64,000 nucleotides of DNA from a bacterium (GCA_965261085.1 OZ253442.1:1760001-1824000); one strand, 5' to 3'; positions 46,432 through 56,781 are shown, counted from the stretch's first letter. Translations and numbers: made by a program. The notes: generated by a model not told the origin, from the letters alone.

Positions 46432-47205
46432 TTATTCTCCGCGTTTGATTTTTTCGATTTCTCTAAGAACGATTTGCTCTACGATATCAGGGAGTTGCGC
46501 CACCACGATGGATTCGATGCGGCGCAACAATGTGGGGACGATCTTTTCCGCGGCTTCTTCCAGGTATTTATGGATGATGGGATCGAGTTTTTCGCTGTCC
46601 AGCCCAGGAGCGGAAAAGGGTGGTTGTTCTTCCTCCTCGCTCGCAGATGGCGCACTCTCTGCGTCGGCGAGAGCCTCTTCCGTTTCTTCGAGCGCTTCTT
46701 CCGCGACTGGAGCGGGAGGGGTTTCTTTGGACTCCCCTATGATGTCCCCTGAAGGCTGGGGCGCTTTCTCCTCCATTGCTTTTTCCGGGAAATCTGGCTC
46801 CGCCTGTTCTTTGCGGTCTGGAGTCGGTACGCCAGCCCCCGGGCCGAGAATGCGCTCCACCTCCGTCGTGAATACAATCGGCTTGAACGGTTTTTCGATG
46901 TTTCCTGTCGCACCCACTTCCTGGATTTTTTCATCACTGACGCTGTTGCGCGTGCTCGTCAAAACGAGAAGAGGCACTTGGGATAATCCCGGTTTTTCGC
47001 GCAGGCGTCGACAAAAGTCCAAGCCATCGGAATTCTCCATGTCCAGGCTGGCAACGACGATGTCCGGTGGCGCATTCTCCGCCATTTCGAGGGCTGCATC
47101 GGCATCCTCCGCCATAAGGGTATCAACGCTCGTGTTTCTAAAAGCCAATTCCACGACCCGCTGCACCAGAAGGCTTTCGTCGAGGAGAAGTAATCTGGTC
47201 GCCAT
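46432..47205 (-). CDS. RomR-like atypical response regulator (receiver, Pro/Glu linker, C-terminal helix)
   Basis: Receiver fold with KPF; phosphoacceptor region reads PDIVVASL; C-terminal LPDIVEQIVLREIEKI; adjacent to valS. Confidence 0.7.
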   Translation of the reverse strand: MATRLLLLDESLLVQRVVELAFRNTSVDTLMAEDADAALEMAENAPPDIVVASLDMENSDGLDFCRRLREKPGLSQVPLLVLTSTRNSVSDEKIQEVGATGNIEKPFKPIVFTTEVERILGPGAGVPTPDRKEQAEPDFPEKAMEEKAPQPSGDIIGESKETPPAPVAEEALEETEEALADAESAPSASEEEEQPPFSAPGLDSEKLDPIIHKYLEEAAEKIVPTLLRRIESIVVAQLPDIVEQIVLREIEKIKRGE

Positions 47206-47362
47206 GTGTTCGGGTCCTCGTCCGGGCGTTCGCTGGATGAGCCGAATGGAGGATAAGAATCAGGAGTCTGCGCTTAAATATCTCTAGAACTTTTGCGCCT
47301 TCTTGCACCAGGGAACTAATTGACAATCATGCCACTACCATAATTCCGGGGTCAACCTGTAT

Positions 47363-48430
47363 CTATTTGCGTTGGTATTGATTCACGGCGCGGCGATGTT
47401 CGCGGTAAGTGCGAGAAAACCGGTGGCCGCCGTTCTTGGTGGCCACGAAATACAGATATTTCACTTTGGCGGGGTTCAACGCCGATTTGATGGATTCGAG
47501 CCCCGGACTGGCGATAGGGCCTGGGGGGAGTCCCCGGTAGAGGTAGGTGTTGTAGGGTGAATCGTATCGCAAATCATTCTTTGTGATGTTTCCATCGAAG
47601 TGAGGCAGTCCGTATATGACGGTGGGGTCGCTTTGAAGGCGCATTCTTCGCTTGAGCCGATTGGTGAATACGGCTGCGATGAGCGGGCGCTCACTGCTCA
47701 GGGAAGTTTCTTTTTCGATAATCGAGGCCAGCGTGAGCGCCTGGTGGACGGTGAATCCCATCGTTTTCGCTTGTTTTCTAAGAGAGGGCGAGAATTTTTT
47801 CCGCATCGTGCGAACCATGAAGCGCAGGATTTTTTTCGCCGAAGCGCCCACCGGGAAATGGTACGTGTCGGGGAACAGATATCCCTCCAGAGAAGCCGCG
47901 GTAATGTTCAGTTCTCGAAGAAAAGAAGGGTCGCGCGAAATTCTGAGAATTTCCCCTGCACTGGCGAGTTTGGCGCGCTGGATCGTTCGGGCAATCTCCC
48001 GGATGTTGTAGCCCTCGGGAATAGTAAAGGTACGCCGGGCGACTCTGCCCTCCGATAAATCTCGGTATATCTCTCGTGGCGACTTGGATGCTTTGAGCGC
48101 ATAGACGCCGGCTTGAATGCTATTGGCGCCGCCCCTGAGTCTGGCCTGGAGGTGGAACAACCCCGGGTTTCGAATTAAACCGCTTTTATCCAGCAATTCC
48201 AGAATCTGGGCGAAGGACATTCCCGAGCGGACGTGAATGAGCTTCGTTTCATTTGCCTGCGGGTTGGCGGGCCGGTTGAATTCGTCGTCGAGATATTGAT
48301 AGCCGACAAAAGTGCTCAGGATCATGAGGGAGAAAAGCGCGACGAGTAATTTCCCGAGCCGCCGCTTTTCGGCGGGAGGCTTTGTTTCCGGCGCATCGCT
48401 TTCTTCTGAAAGATTTTCGTTTTCAGCCAT
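47363..48430 (-). CDS. mltG: Endolytic transglycosylase MltG
   Basis: TIPEG, LEGYLFPDTY, LASIIEKE, LQSDPT, SPYNTY, GLPPGPI. Confidence 0.96.
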   Translation of the reverse strand: MAENENLSEESDAPETKPPAEKRRLGKLLVALFSLMILSTFVGYQYLDDEFNRPANPQANETKLIHVRSGMSFAQILELLDKSGLIRNPGLFHLQARLRGGANSIQAGVYALKASKSPREIYRDLSEGRVARRTFTIPEGYNIREIARTIQRAKLASAGEILRISRDPSFLRELNITAASLEGYLFPDTYHFPVGASAKKILRFMVRTMRKKFSPSLRKQAKTMGFTVHQALTLASIIEKETSLSSERPLIAAVFTNRLKRRMRLQSDPTVIYGLPHFDGNITKNDLRYDSPYNTYLYRGLPPGPIASPGLESIKSALNPAKVKYLYFVATKNGGHRFSRTYREHRRAVNQYQRK

Positions 48431-48866
48431 GGGAGGTCGGGCGCTTCATGTTCTGATGATCCAGGTACGCCTGTAGAATGAGTTGCGCCGCGATGACGTC
48501 GCGCTTTTTTATCTTCCGGCTCGGTTTGGTTTCCATTTCGTTCAAGACCCGGTCCGCCTGCGTCGTGCTGAGTCGCTCGTCCCATTTTTCGACGGGAATA
48601 TCGAGATTTTCCCGGAAGAATTTCACGATCCTTCTGGTGCGCTTCGCCCTGGACGTATCCCGGTTCGATAGGCCGACGGGGTGTCCCACGACCAGCAGAT
48701 GAACATCACGCTCACGGATGATGCCGCCCAACTCGTCGAGCAGTTGCTTATCACTTTGTCTTTCAATGAGGCCGAGCGGTTGGGATGTCAGACCCAGAGA
48801 ATCGCTGATGGCGAGGCCTACCCGCTTTTCGCCGAAGTCCATTCCCAAAATTCGGGGATGACTCAT
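48423..48866 (-). CDS. ruvX: Holliday junction resolvase-like / pre-16S rRNA nuclease YqgF
   Basis: D.GEKRVGLAISD, DERLST, D..AA..ILQ.YL. Confidence 0.93.
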   Translation of the reverse strand: MSHPRILGMDFGEKRVGLAISDSLGLTSQPLGLIERQSDKQLLDELGGIIRERDVHLLVVGHPVGLSNRDTSRAKRTRRIVKFFRENLDIPVEKWDERLSTTQADRVLNEMETKPSRKIKKRDVIAAQLILQAYLDHQNMKRPTSHG

Positions 48867-50497
48867 TTTTGGGTAGGTTTCGCTTTGGTCGGTTTCGTCT
48901 TGGCCTCGCCGGGATAGAACATTTCGATCTGGAATCGCTCGAGAGTGGAATGTGTCGCCCTGTCCAATGAGGCGAGGGATTTGCGGTAGTCGATGAGCGC
49001 CCGGGTTTCTTGCGCCAGCGCGTTGGCCAGCCTTTCCTGGTCTTCGAGAATGTCTCTGCTCGTCGAGAGCCCGACCTTGAATTTTTTCTCCTGGGCGTCC
49101 AGGCGTTCTTCCGCCAGCCTTCTGGCGACGCGCGTGGCTTGGATTCTTTTGACGTCCAGGCGAATCCGGCGCGCGCTTCGGTGAACTTTTTCCATGATGG
49201 ATTGCCGCGTTTGGTGGTAGGAGGCCACCGTTTTAGCGTGCCTGAGTTGCGCCTGGCGGTAGTCCGCCTTCGCTCTCCTGTTTCCGAGGGGAATACGGAA
49301 CGAGATTCCACCGGAGAAGCTGTATCTCTTGTTTTTGAATTGCTCCTCGAAGGCCTCTCCCTGGTCATCCGCGAGAGCGTTGTTGGACGCCGATGCGTTC
49401 AGATTGACTTCGGGCAATAGATTTTGTTTCGCTACTTTCAGGTCGATTCGCCTTTTGTCGATTTCGATGCGGGCTTTTTCAAGTTCCGCGTGCTTACGCA
49501 AGGCGTCGAGTATGAGTTGCATCTCATCTACTTTGACGGCCTTAAACTTCGGCTTTTCGGTCGGTAGAATCTCGATGCCCCAGGAAGAAGGCGTATCCGT
49601 GACGTTCAGGAGCATTTTCAGGATGTCTTCCCGGTCTTTGACTTGTTGCTGCGTCACGAGAAGGGCTTCTTCCCGGGAGGCGACGGTGGCTTGCGCTTCC
49701 GTTATCTCTATCGGGGCGAGGGTGCCGACCTCGACTTGAATCTTGTTTCGTCTCAAGAGGTCCTTGGCGAGATCGAGAGATTTTTGCCTGAATTGGAGGA
49801 TTGCAATGGAGAAGACGAGGTCCCAATAGGCTTGTTCAACGGCGTCTATTGTATCGATGACCCTGGTTCGGTATGTGTGGAGCGTTTGTTCTTTCGTGGC
49901 CATGGCCACCTTGATTCTGGCTTGATTGAGATCGATGCCGAAATTTTTGAGCAGGGGTTGTTCGATGGTGAAAGTGAGACTGGTTTGAAAGTTCGGATCG
50001 AAAACATTTTGCGGAGAATTAGACGATTCTCTAATGCTTCGCAGGATAAGTGAATACTCTGCTCCCGTGATGAGCCTTTGGCGAATGCCGGCCGCTACCC
50101 CCAGGGTGTCGGTTTCCCGTATTCCCCCTGTCCTATTGAATACGCTGTTCGCCGAGCCGAGCTTTGATTTGCTGATGTTCGTATCCACGACGGCTTGGGG
50201 ATCGAAGGCGGAGCGTTCTCTGATGACGTTGCTTTCCGCGATGTCGGGGTCGAACCCGGCGATAGTGATGTCGAAATTGCGCGCAAGGGCGATGCTTACG
50301 GCTTCTCGTATGGATAGCGCGAGGCGAAGTCCTTTGATGGTCGGCGGCGCCACCTTGCTGCGCGGACGTTCAAAAGAAATTTCCGCAGACATGGTGGATT
50401 CTGCGGCGGAGGCTACGTCCGCGAGAGGAGATGAGGATAAGGAAATGAGAATTGAAAGCGCAATACAGTGACAAGCTAATAATTTGGGCGGTTTCAT
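48863..50497 (-). CDS. TolC family outer membrane protein
   Basis: Signal peptide, AL..N..I, QPLL.NFG, AYWDL, two OEP-like halves. Confidence 0.88.
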   Translation of the reverse strand: MKPPKLLACHCIALSILISLSSSPLADVASAAESTMSAEISFERPRSKVAPPTIKGLRLALSIREAVSIALARNFDITIAGFDPDIAESNVIRERSAFDPQAVVDTNISKSKLGSANSVFNRTGGIRETDTLGVAAGIRQRLITGAEYSLILRSIRESSNSPQNVFDPNFQTSLTFTIEQPLLKNFGIDLNQARIKVAMATKEQTLHTYRTRVIDTIDAVEQAYWDLVFSIAILQFRQKSLDLAKDLLRRNKIQVEVGTLAPIEITEAQATVASREEALLVTQQQVKDREDILKMLLNVTDTPSSWGIEILPTEKPKFKAVKVDEMQLILDALRKHAELEKARIEIDKRRIDLKVAKQNLLPEVNLNASASNNALADDQGEAFEEQFKNKRYSFSGGISFRIPLGNRRAKADYRQAQLRHAKTVASYHQTRQSIMEKVHRSARRIRLDVKRIQATRVARRLAEERLDAQEKKFKVGLSTSRDILEDQERLANALAQETRALIDYRKSLASLDRATHSTLERFQIEMFYPGEAKTKPTKAKPTQK

Positions 50498-50796
50498 GAA
50501 AAAAATTGCTCCACGTTACTGGCGGCGCAAAACGCAAATCGCTTTTACCGTGAATCTGCACATCATTCTCGTGGTCCAGTTTTCCGGTTTCTTGAAGAAT
50601 ATACTACTCGTATCGGGGTAAAAAGGGAAATGAGTTTTGCTTTACCATCGGTTAGTCTTTGTAAATACGGGAGATAGAGCGTCGCCCTTTCTTTTCTTGC
50701 GCAAGTGCGTGGCGCTCTGTTAGAAAGATTTCTGCAAGTAATCTTCGGTCCGTAGTGGCTTCGTGCAAGGCGAAATTCTTTTGAGGTGAGCGAGCG

Positions 50797-51729
50797 GTGG
50801 AAGTTTTCGAGGGAGTAGATGCCTATGATTGTGAGGATTCTCCCTCTGTATTGAGTATCGGGAATTTTGACGGTGTTCATCTCGCTCACAGAGAGATTTG
50901 CCGGTTCATCAAAGAAGAGGCCGCCCGACGAGGCGGCCGGAGCGTCATCCTGACGTTCGAGCCGCACCCCCTCTCCGTGGTTGCTCCCGAAAGACGCCCC
51001 CCTCTGATGACGACCCTCGAAGAGAAGCTGGCCCGCTTAGAAGCCCAGGATATTGACGCCGTGGTGATTGAAAAATTCACGCCCCGTCTGGCGCAAACCG
51101 AGGCGAGGGATTTCGTGGGGCAGATTATCGGCGAAGGCCTAAAAGCTTCGCTCGTGGCGATCGGCTTCAACTTCCGTTTCGGGAAAGGGCGTGCGGGAAA
51201 CGTCGAACTCCTGCAGGAAGAGGGAGCTAACACCGGCTTCGAAACACACGTGCTGGAACCTTATATGTTCGAGGGGAGGCGGGTCAGCAGTACGGAGATA
51301 CGAAAACTGCTTCTGAGCGGGGCGGTGGAGGAGGCCGCTCGCCTGCTGGGGCAGCACCATATGATAGGAGGAAGAGTGGTTCGTGGCGACGGGCGGGGCC
51401 GGCAAATCGGCATACCGACGGCCAACGTGGATTATCCGCCCATCCTGATTCCCGAAAACGGGGTGTATGCCTGTCGGGTGCAGCTCGATGGAAGAGAGGG
51501 ACTCCGGCATCCCGCCGTGACGAACATCGGGAATCGACCCACGTTCGATAAAAAAGAAGTGACTCTCGAAACACACTTGCTGGATTGGGAAGAGGATATT
51601 TATGGAAAATCTATTCGGGTGGAATTCGTCTCCCGCTTGCGCGAAGAAAAAAAGTTTTCAGGCCCCCAAGAACTCGTCAATCAGATTCATTTGGATATTG
51701 AAAACGGACGGGAAAAGTTGGGCAGCTAG
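50797..51729 (+). CDS. ribF: Bifunctional riboflavin kinase/FAD synthetase
   Basis: GNFDGVHLAH, TFEPHP, SST.IR, G.PTAN, NIG.RPT. Confidence 0.96.
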   Translation: MEVFEGVDAYDCEDSPSVLSIGNFDGVHLAHREICRFIKEEAARRGGRSVILTFEPHPLSVVAPERRPPLMTTLEEKLARLEAQDIDAVVIEKFTPRLAQTEARDFVGQIIGEGLKASLVAIGFNFRFGKGRAGNVELLQEEGANTGFETHVLEPYMFEGRRVSSTEIRKLLLSGAVEEAARLLGQHHMIGGRVVRGDGRGRQIGIPTANVDYPPILIPENGVYACRVQLDGREGLRHPAVTNIGNRPTFDKKEVTLETHLLDWEEDIYGKSIRVEFVSRLREEKKFSGPQELVNQIHLDIENGREKLGS

Positions 51730-52352
51730 GCCAGCAGAGCCACTAGACCGTCGTAGATGAAGAAAACCCCGAAGCCCAGCATCACCCACGCGCAGCCCTG
51801 CTCGATTCTTATCCACCCGGTTTCACCGATCATGCGGCTCCCCTGGTTCGATGACCAAGTGATGAAAACGGCCCATACCGCATCCGCCAGCAAGTGAACG
51901 ACGATCATTCCCGCCAAACCGGCCAACCACCCGAATTTGCTCGTTCGCGCGATGAGGTTCGCGCCAATGGTGAGCCACCACAAAACCCAGTAGGGGTTCA
52001 GGACCGTGAGCAGGACGCCGCCGGTGAGGGCGTTGCACTGAAGAACGCTCTTTTGCTCGGGGGCGGCGGTCCTGAAAATTTTGAACACGCCGCTTCCTAG
52101 ATAAACGAGGACGCCCCCGCCAAGCAAAGAGACGCCCTCGCGTATCCCCTGGATTTCAAAAAAAGGCTGCAACCCGGCGTACAGGGCGATGATGAGCGGG
52201 ACTTCGGCCAGGGCGTGTCCGAGGGTAACCCAGATTCCGGCCCACGGGCTTTGTTTGCCGCGCGCGATGAGAAATGCCGTAAGAGGACCCGGCGACATGA
52301 CGCCGCTCAGGGAAATGACGGTGATGAATCCGTAAAACGCGAGCAGGTTCAT
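51726..52352 (-). CDS. LysE family translocator
   Basis: SG.MSPGP, GHA..E, NPYW..WW, multiple TM segments. Confidence 0.88.
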   Translation of the reverse strand: MNLLAFYGFITVISLSGVMSPGPLTAFLIARGKQSPWAGIWVTLGHALAEVPLIIALYAGLQPFFEIQGIREGVSLLGGGVLVYLGSGVFKIFRTAAPEQKSVLQCNALTGGVLLTVLNPYWVLWWLTIGANLIARTSKFGWLAGLAGMIVVHLLADAVWAVFITWSSNQGSRMIGETGWIRIEQGCAWVMLGFGVFFIYDGLVALLA

Positions 52353-52594
52353 TTCTTTGGTTCTGGTTCATCGAGCAGGCGGCGCAGTCGCTTGACGTCT
52401 AAATGAAATTTGAAAACTTTAATTTTCCCCAAGAAGCCGACGGGCACTTCCTCGCCGTACAGGCGCTTTAGTTCCGGGTCCCTATCCACGTCGACCTCAT
52501 CGATGATGAGGTCCGGGAAATGGCGCATTATCGCCGCTTTCGCCTCATGGCATAGATGGCACTCGCTTCGCGTATAGAATGTGATTTTCCGCAT
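52349..52594 (-). CDS. Glutaredoxin-like protein (DUF836)
   Basis: YTR..CHLC, VDVD.D..L...YG..VPV. Confidence 0.85.
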   Translation of the reverse strand: MRKITFYTRSECHLCHEAKAAIMRHFPDLIIDEVDVDRDPELKRLYGEEVPVGFLGKIKVFKFHLDVKRLRRLLDEPEPKK

Positions 52595-52684
52595 ATATCA
52601 AAAAGCCTAGTTGGATTAGGGGCTGTTCCGTTGCCCAGCGAGTATATCAAATGACGGGATAGTTTTATTCATCGACTCGAATCC

Positions 52685-52713
52685 TTGACAACGCATCCGC
52701 CCCCCGATATAGG
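52685..52713 (+). promoter_or_regulatory. Putative sigma70 promoter of tRNA-Leu
   Basis: TTGACA-N17-TATAGG about 20 nt upstream of the tRNA. Confidence 0.5.
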
Positions 52714-52733
52714 AAGTGACTACCAATCTTCTC

Positions 52734-52820
52734 GCCGGAGTGGCGGAACTGGTAGACGCGCTAGATTCAGGTTCTAGTGGGCTTCGGCTCGTGGAGGTTC
52801 AAGTCCTCTCTCCGGCACCA
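52734..52820 (+). tRNA. tRNA-Leu(CAG)
   Basis: GCCGGAG/CTCCGGC acceptor stem with ACCA, anticodon loop TTCAGGT, long variable arm, GGTTCAAGTCC T-arm. Confidence 0.97.
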
Positions 52821-52875
52821 TTAAAATAATTCTCATTCAGGTGAAGGTTCGCGCTTTCTCAATTCAGGAGGCCTC

Positions 52876-54129
52876 ATGAAGATTGTCGAGGATAAACTTT
52901 CCAACGGGATTCGCGTGGTGACGGCGGAACGCTCCGAGTCGGCGGCGGTGGCGTTCCATATTTATTTCGGCTGTGGTGGTCGCCATGAGCGCGATGAAGT
53001 AGTGGGTGTTTCCCATGCGCTGGAGCATATGGTTTTTAAGGGCACGCCTTCGAGAACAACGCTCGACATCGCGCGTGAGATGGAAGGCAACGGCGCATCC
53101 ATCAACGCGAATACGGCGTCCGAGCGCACTTGCTATCACTTTACGGCGCCGGCCGATGCGTTCGCCACTGTCTTGGAAGTCTATGCGGATGCGGTGAATA
53201 ACTGCCTGTTGGATAAAGACGAATGGGCTCGGGAGCGGATGGTCATCCTCGAAGAGTTGAAGATGTATGAGGACATGCCGCGCATCTGGGTGTCGGATAT
53301 GCTGGAGACCACCATCTACAACCTGCAGATGGGCGTCATCGGGAACCGGGAGACCATCAGCGCGATTGAGCCTGAACACATGCGCGAGTTGATAGAGAAA
53401 TGGTACGTCCCCGGCAACACGGTGATTTCCGTGGCGGGCGGCGTGAAGCACGAAGACGTGATGGCGCTGTCCGAGAAACACTTTGGTGATCGGAGCGGCA
53501 GCGAGGATAAGCCTTTTCCTCCCGGCTTGCCCGAAGCGAGCAAGGCAAAAATCGTGGATCAGGCCCGCCAGACGGATCAGGTGAATCTCGCACTCGGGTT
53601 TCGCGCCTTCGGCCTGAACCACGAAGACGCCGCTCCCCTCCGGGTGATGTGCAACATATTGGGCGGGAAGATGAGCAGCAGGCTATTCACCGAAGTGCGG
53701 GAGAAGCGGGGTCTTGCCTACAGCGTGGGCGCCGCGCCGCACCGCTACACCGATACGGGCATGGTTGAGCTGAAGGCGGGAGTGGCTCTCGAAAAGGCGG
53801 TGGAGGCGACCGGGGTGATGCTCTCCGAAACGGGAAAGTTCAAGAGCGAACTCGTCACGAGCCAGGAACTGGCCGAAGCGAAGCGATACATCAAGGGAAA
53901 TCTCCAGATACACGAGAGTTCGGAATATCATGCGGGGCGAAACGGCTCGAATCTCATGCTGAGAGGAAAGGTGTATTCCGTGGAGGAGGAGTTGGCGGAT
54001 ATAGACTCCGTGGGCGAGGAAGACATTCAGCGCGTGGCCAACGAGGTTTTTCAGGAAGATAGACTCACTGGCGCCGTGATTGCCGAAAAACCACTCGGTT
54101 CCGAACTAGAGGCGGTCCTCAAGATTTAG
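52876..54129 (+). CDS. M16 family (pitrilysin-like) zinc peptidase
   Basis: HALEH (HxxEH), MSSRLF.EVREKRGLAY. Confidence 0.93.
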   Translation: MKIVEDKLSNGIRVVTAERSESAAVAFHIYFGCGGRHERDEVVGVSHALEHMVFKGTPSRTTLDIAREMEGNGASINANTASERTCYHFTAPADAFATVLEVYADAVNNCLLDKDEWARERMVILEELKMYEDMPRIWVSDMLETTIYNLQMGVIGNRETISAIEPEHMRELIEKWYVPGNTVISVAGGVKHEDVMALSEKHFGDRSGSEDKPFPPGLPEASKAKIVDQARQTDQVNLALGFRAFGLNHEDAAPLRVMCNILGGKMSSRLFTEVREKRGLAYSVGAAPHRYTDTGMVELKAGVALEKAVEATGVMLSETGKFKSELVTSQELAEAKRYIKGNLQIHESSEYHAGRNGSNLMLRGKVYSVEEELADIDSVGEEDIQRVANEVFQEDRLTGAVIAEKPLGSELEAVLKI

Positions 54130-54149
54130 CCTTTTATACCCGGAAAATG

Positions 54150-56657
54150 CTAGGGGGTTGTCGCTGCAGCTTTCGGGGTGCGATTGCTCAGCAGTATATC
54201 GGTTCGTCTGTTCTTGGCGCGGCCATCTCCGGTGTCATTGCTCGCCACGGGGCGGTAAAACGAATGCCCGGTCCCCGACATGCGCGCAGGCGATATGTTA
54301 TTCGATTCCAGGAATTTGACGATGGAAACGGCGCGCGCGAACGAAAGTTCCCAATTCGAGGGATAACGATCGAGCAAATTGCCTTTGATGGGCTGATTGT
54401 CCGTATGTCCTTCTACTCGTATCACTTTGTCTTTTTGTTTCTGGAGAAACTCCGCAACACTTAGAAGCGCCTCTAAGCCTTTTTCTTTGAGTCTGGCGCT
54501 TCCGGAATCAAACAAAAGACTGTTCACGAAGGTGACGCGGAGCAAGTCTTTGGTCTGCTGCAGACTGACGAACTGTTTTTTCAGCTTTTTGTTCATCTCG
54601 TTCAGGTCAGATTCCAGTTTTTGGGCCCGCTCGGCCTCTTCGCGCGCTTTTTTCTCGAGTATTTTTGAACGCGCGATTACCAGCGTGTGTTTTTTGATCG
54701 TTTCCGACAGGCTCAAGTTTGTCTGATCCAGCTTGTTTTTGATGAGTTCGGACACGGAAGTTTTCTCCGCGATGAGTTGGCTCATCTCCTGGACCTGTGC
54801 CCCGAGAAGCTCTTTGGCTTTTGCGAGGCGATCCGTCTCCTCGGTGCGCATCTTGAGTGCATTTTCGATGTTTTGGGTTTTCGCTTTTTGCTGTTCGATG
54901 CCGGAGTTTTTCTCCGCAATGAGTTGGCTCATCTCCTGGACCTGTGCCCCGAGAAGCTCTTTGGCTTTTACGAAGCTCTCTATCTTTTTGGTTTGATTTC
55001 TCGCGAATTCGGCGATTTGCGCATTTGCTTTTTCCGCCTTCGCTCGCGTCTTGCGCTCAGCATCGAGGGTTCCACGGATTTGATTGAGCGCGAGTTCGAG
55101 GTTTTGGGCCTTCGTTTTTTCGCGCACGATGCCGGCGTTTTTTTCCGCAATCAGCCGGCTCATCTCCTGAACCTGGGTGTTGAGGACCATCCTGGTTTTT
55201 TCGAGGCGGGCTATTTCCCCGGCTTGTTTTCTCGCGAGATCGCCATTTTGCGCCTTTTCTGTTCCCACCTTTGCTGTTGTATTGCGCTTATCGGTGACAC
55301 CATGATCTTTCGCTTTTTTCTGCTCGGACTCGATGAGTCGATCCATCCTCGCCACTTGGGTCTCGAGAATACCCCTGACTTTTTCGAGGCGTTTTATCTC
55401 TTTGGCCCGGTCAGCTGCGAACTCGAGGTTTTGTTTGCTCAATTTGTCGACGAACGCTTGTGTTTTGCGATCGCTCTTGAGGCTTGCCTGGATTCGGCTG
55501 AGGGCGATTTCGAGTTTTCGGGTTTTCGCTTTTTCCTGCTCGAGACCGGCGTTTTTCTCGGCGATGAATTGGTTCATATCTTTGGTTTGGGCTTCGAGGC
55601 GTTTTTTCTCCTCGGCTCGCTTGGCGGCTAGTTCTAGGCTTTCTTTGTTTGCTTTTTCCGCCTCGGCGCGCATTTTGAGCTCGTTATTGAGAGAGTTGTT
55701 GATTATGTCGAGTGTGGTTTTGAGGTTTCGAATTTCAGCTTTTTCCTGCTTGATGTCGGTGTTTTTCTCCGTGATGAGTTTGCTCATCTGTTTGGCTTGG
55801 GTATTGAGACGCTTTATCTCTTCGGCTCGCTTGGCGGCTAGTTCTAGGCTTTCTTTGTTTGTTTTTTCCGCCTCTGCGCGCATTCTACGCTCGTTATTGA
55901 GAGAGCCGTTGATTATGTCGTGTGTGGTTTTGAGGTTTCGAATTTCAGCTTTTTCCTGCTTGATGTCGGTGTTTTTCTCCGTGATGAGTTTGCTCATCTG
56001 TTTGGCTTGGGTATTGAGACGCTTTATCTCTTCGGCTCGCTTGGCGGCTAGTTCTAGGCTTTCTTTGTTTGCTTTTTCCACCTCGGCGCGCATTCTACGC
56101 TCGTTATTGAGAGAGCTGTTGATTATGTCGTGTGTGGTTTTGAGGTTTCGAATTTCAGCTTTTTCCTGCTTGATGTCGGTGTTTTTCTCGGTGATGAGTT
56201 GGCTCATCTGTTTGGCTTGGGTATCGAGACGCTTTATCTCTTCGGCTCGATTCCCGGCGAGTTCGGTGTTCTGTTGATTTGTTTTTTCCGCCTCTGAGCG
56301 AGCCTTACGCTCGTCATCGAGGGTCGTCTGGATTTGCTTGAGCGTAATTTCTAGGTTTTGGACTTTCGCTTTTTCCTGATCGAGGCTGGCGCTTTTCTCC
56401 GCGATTTGTCGGCTCATCTCTTGAATCTCGGTTTTCGCGGAGGTCCCCTCTTTATCGAGTCGGGACTGCAAACCCTTCATCTGCTGCTCTATTGTTTTGA
56501 AACGAAGGTTCAGCTTAGCGGTATTGTCTTTTTCCGCTGAAAGCTGGATCTCTCGTTTTTGCAACTGATTTTTCGTTGTATGGGATTCCTGAGCGAAATA
56601 TCCTGTTCCACCAAGGAGTACGGCGATAATCGCCCCAATAGCGATGCGAATGCCCAT
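54150..56657 (-). CDS. Large coiled-coil protein with C-terminal OmpA/MotB peptidoglycan-binding domain
   Basis: N-terminal hydrophobic anchor; LFDSG, VEGHTDN, NWELS..RA, NRR motifs; long heptad repeats. Confidence 0.9.
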   Translation of the reverse strand: MGIRIAIGAIIAVLLGGTGYFAQESHTTKNQLQKREIQLSAEKDNTAKLNLRFKTIEQQMKGLQSRLDKEGTSAKTEIQEMSRQIAEKSASLDQEKAKVQNLEITLKQIQTTLDDERKARSEAEKTNQQNTELAGNRAEEIKRLDTQAKQMSQLITEKNTDIKQEKAEIRNLKTTHDIINSSLNNERRMRAEVEKANKESLELAAKRAEEIKRLNTQAKQMSKLITEKNTDIKQEKAEIRNLKTTHDIINGSLNNERRMRAEAEKTNKESLELAAKRAEEIKRLNTQAKQMSKLITEKNTDIKQEKAEIRNLKTTLDIINNSLNNELKMRAEAEKANKESLELAAKRAEEKKRLEAQTKDMNQFIAEKNAGLEQEKAKTRKLEIALSRIQASLKSDRKTQAFVDKLSKQNLEFAADRAKEIKRLEKVRGILETQVARMDRLIESEQKKAKDHGVTDKRNTTAKVGTEKAQNGDLARKQAGEIARLEKTRMVLNTQVQEMSRLIAEKNAGIVREKTKAQNLELALNQIRGTLDAERKTRAKAEKANAQIAEFARNQTKKIESFVKAKELLGAQVQEMSQLIAEKNSGIEQQKAKTQNIENALKMRTEETDRLAKAKELLGAQVQEMSQLIAEKTSVSELIKNKLDQTNLSLSETIKKHTLVIARSKILEKKAREEAERAQKLESDLNEMNKKLKKQFVSLQQTKDLLRVTFVNSLLFDSGSARLKEKGLEALLSVAEFLQKQKDKVIRVEGHTDNQPIKGNLLDRYPSNWELSFARAVSIVKFLESNNISPARMSGTGHSFYRPVASNDTGDGRAKNRRTDILLSNRTPKAAATTP
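55611..56240. repeat. Three near-identical 210-bp intragenic tandem repeats (70 aa each)
   Basis: TTGGCGGCTAGTTCTAGGCTTTCTTTGTTT recurs at 55621, 55831 and 56041. Confidence 0.95.
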
Positions 56658-56781
56658 AAGGTTATGCTCCTATGAGGGCGATTATGGGCGTTTCTTCTAT
56701 CATTAATCTCATTATAGCACTCATTTTCGGGAAATTAAACAGGCGGGTTATAGATTCTCAGTAAAGCTTTCACTATAGCGA

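Noticed and set aside
55611-56240. Regular repeats considered as a CRISPR array
   Set aside because: Contiguous 210-bp in-frame coding repeats with no unique spacers.
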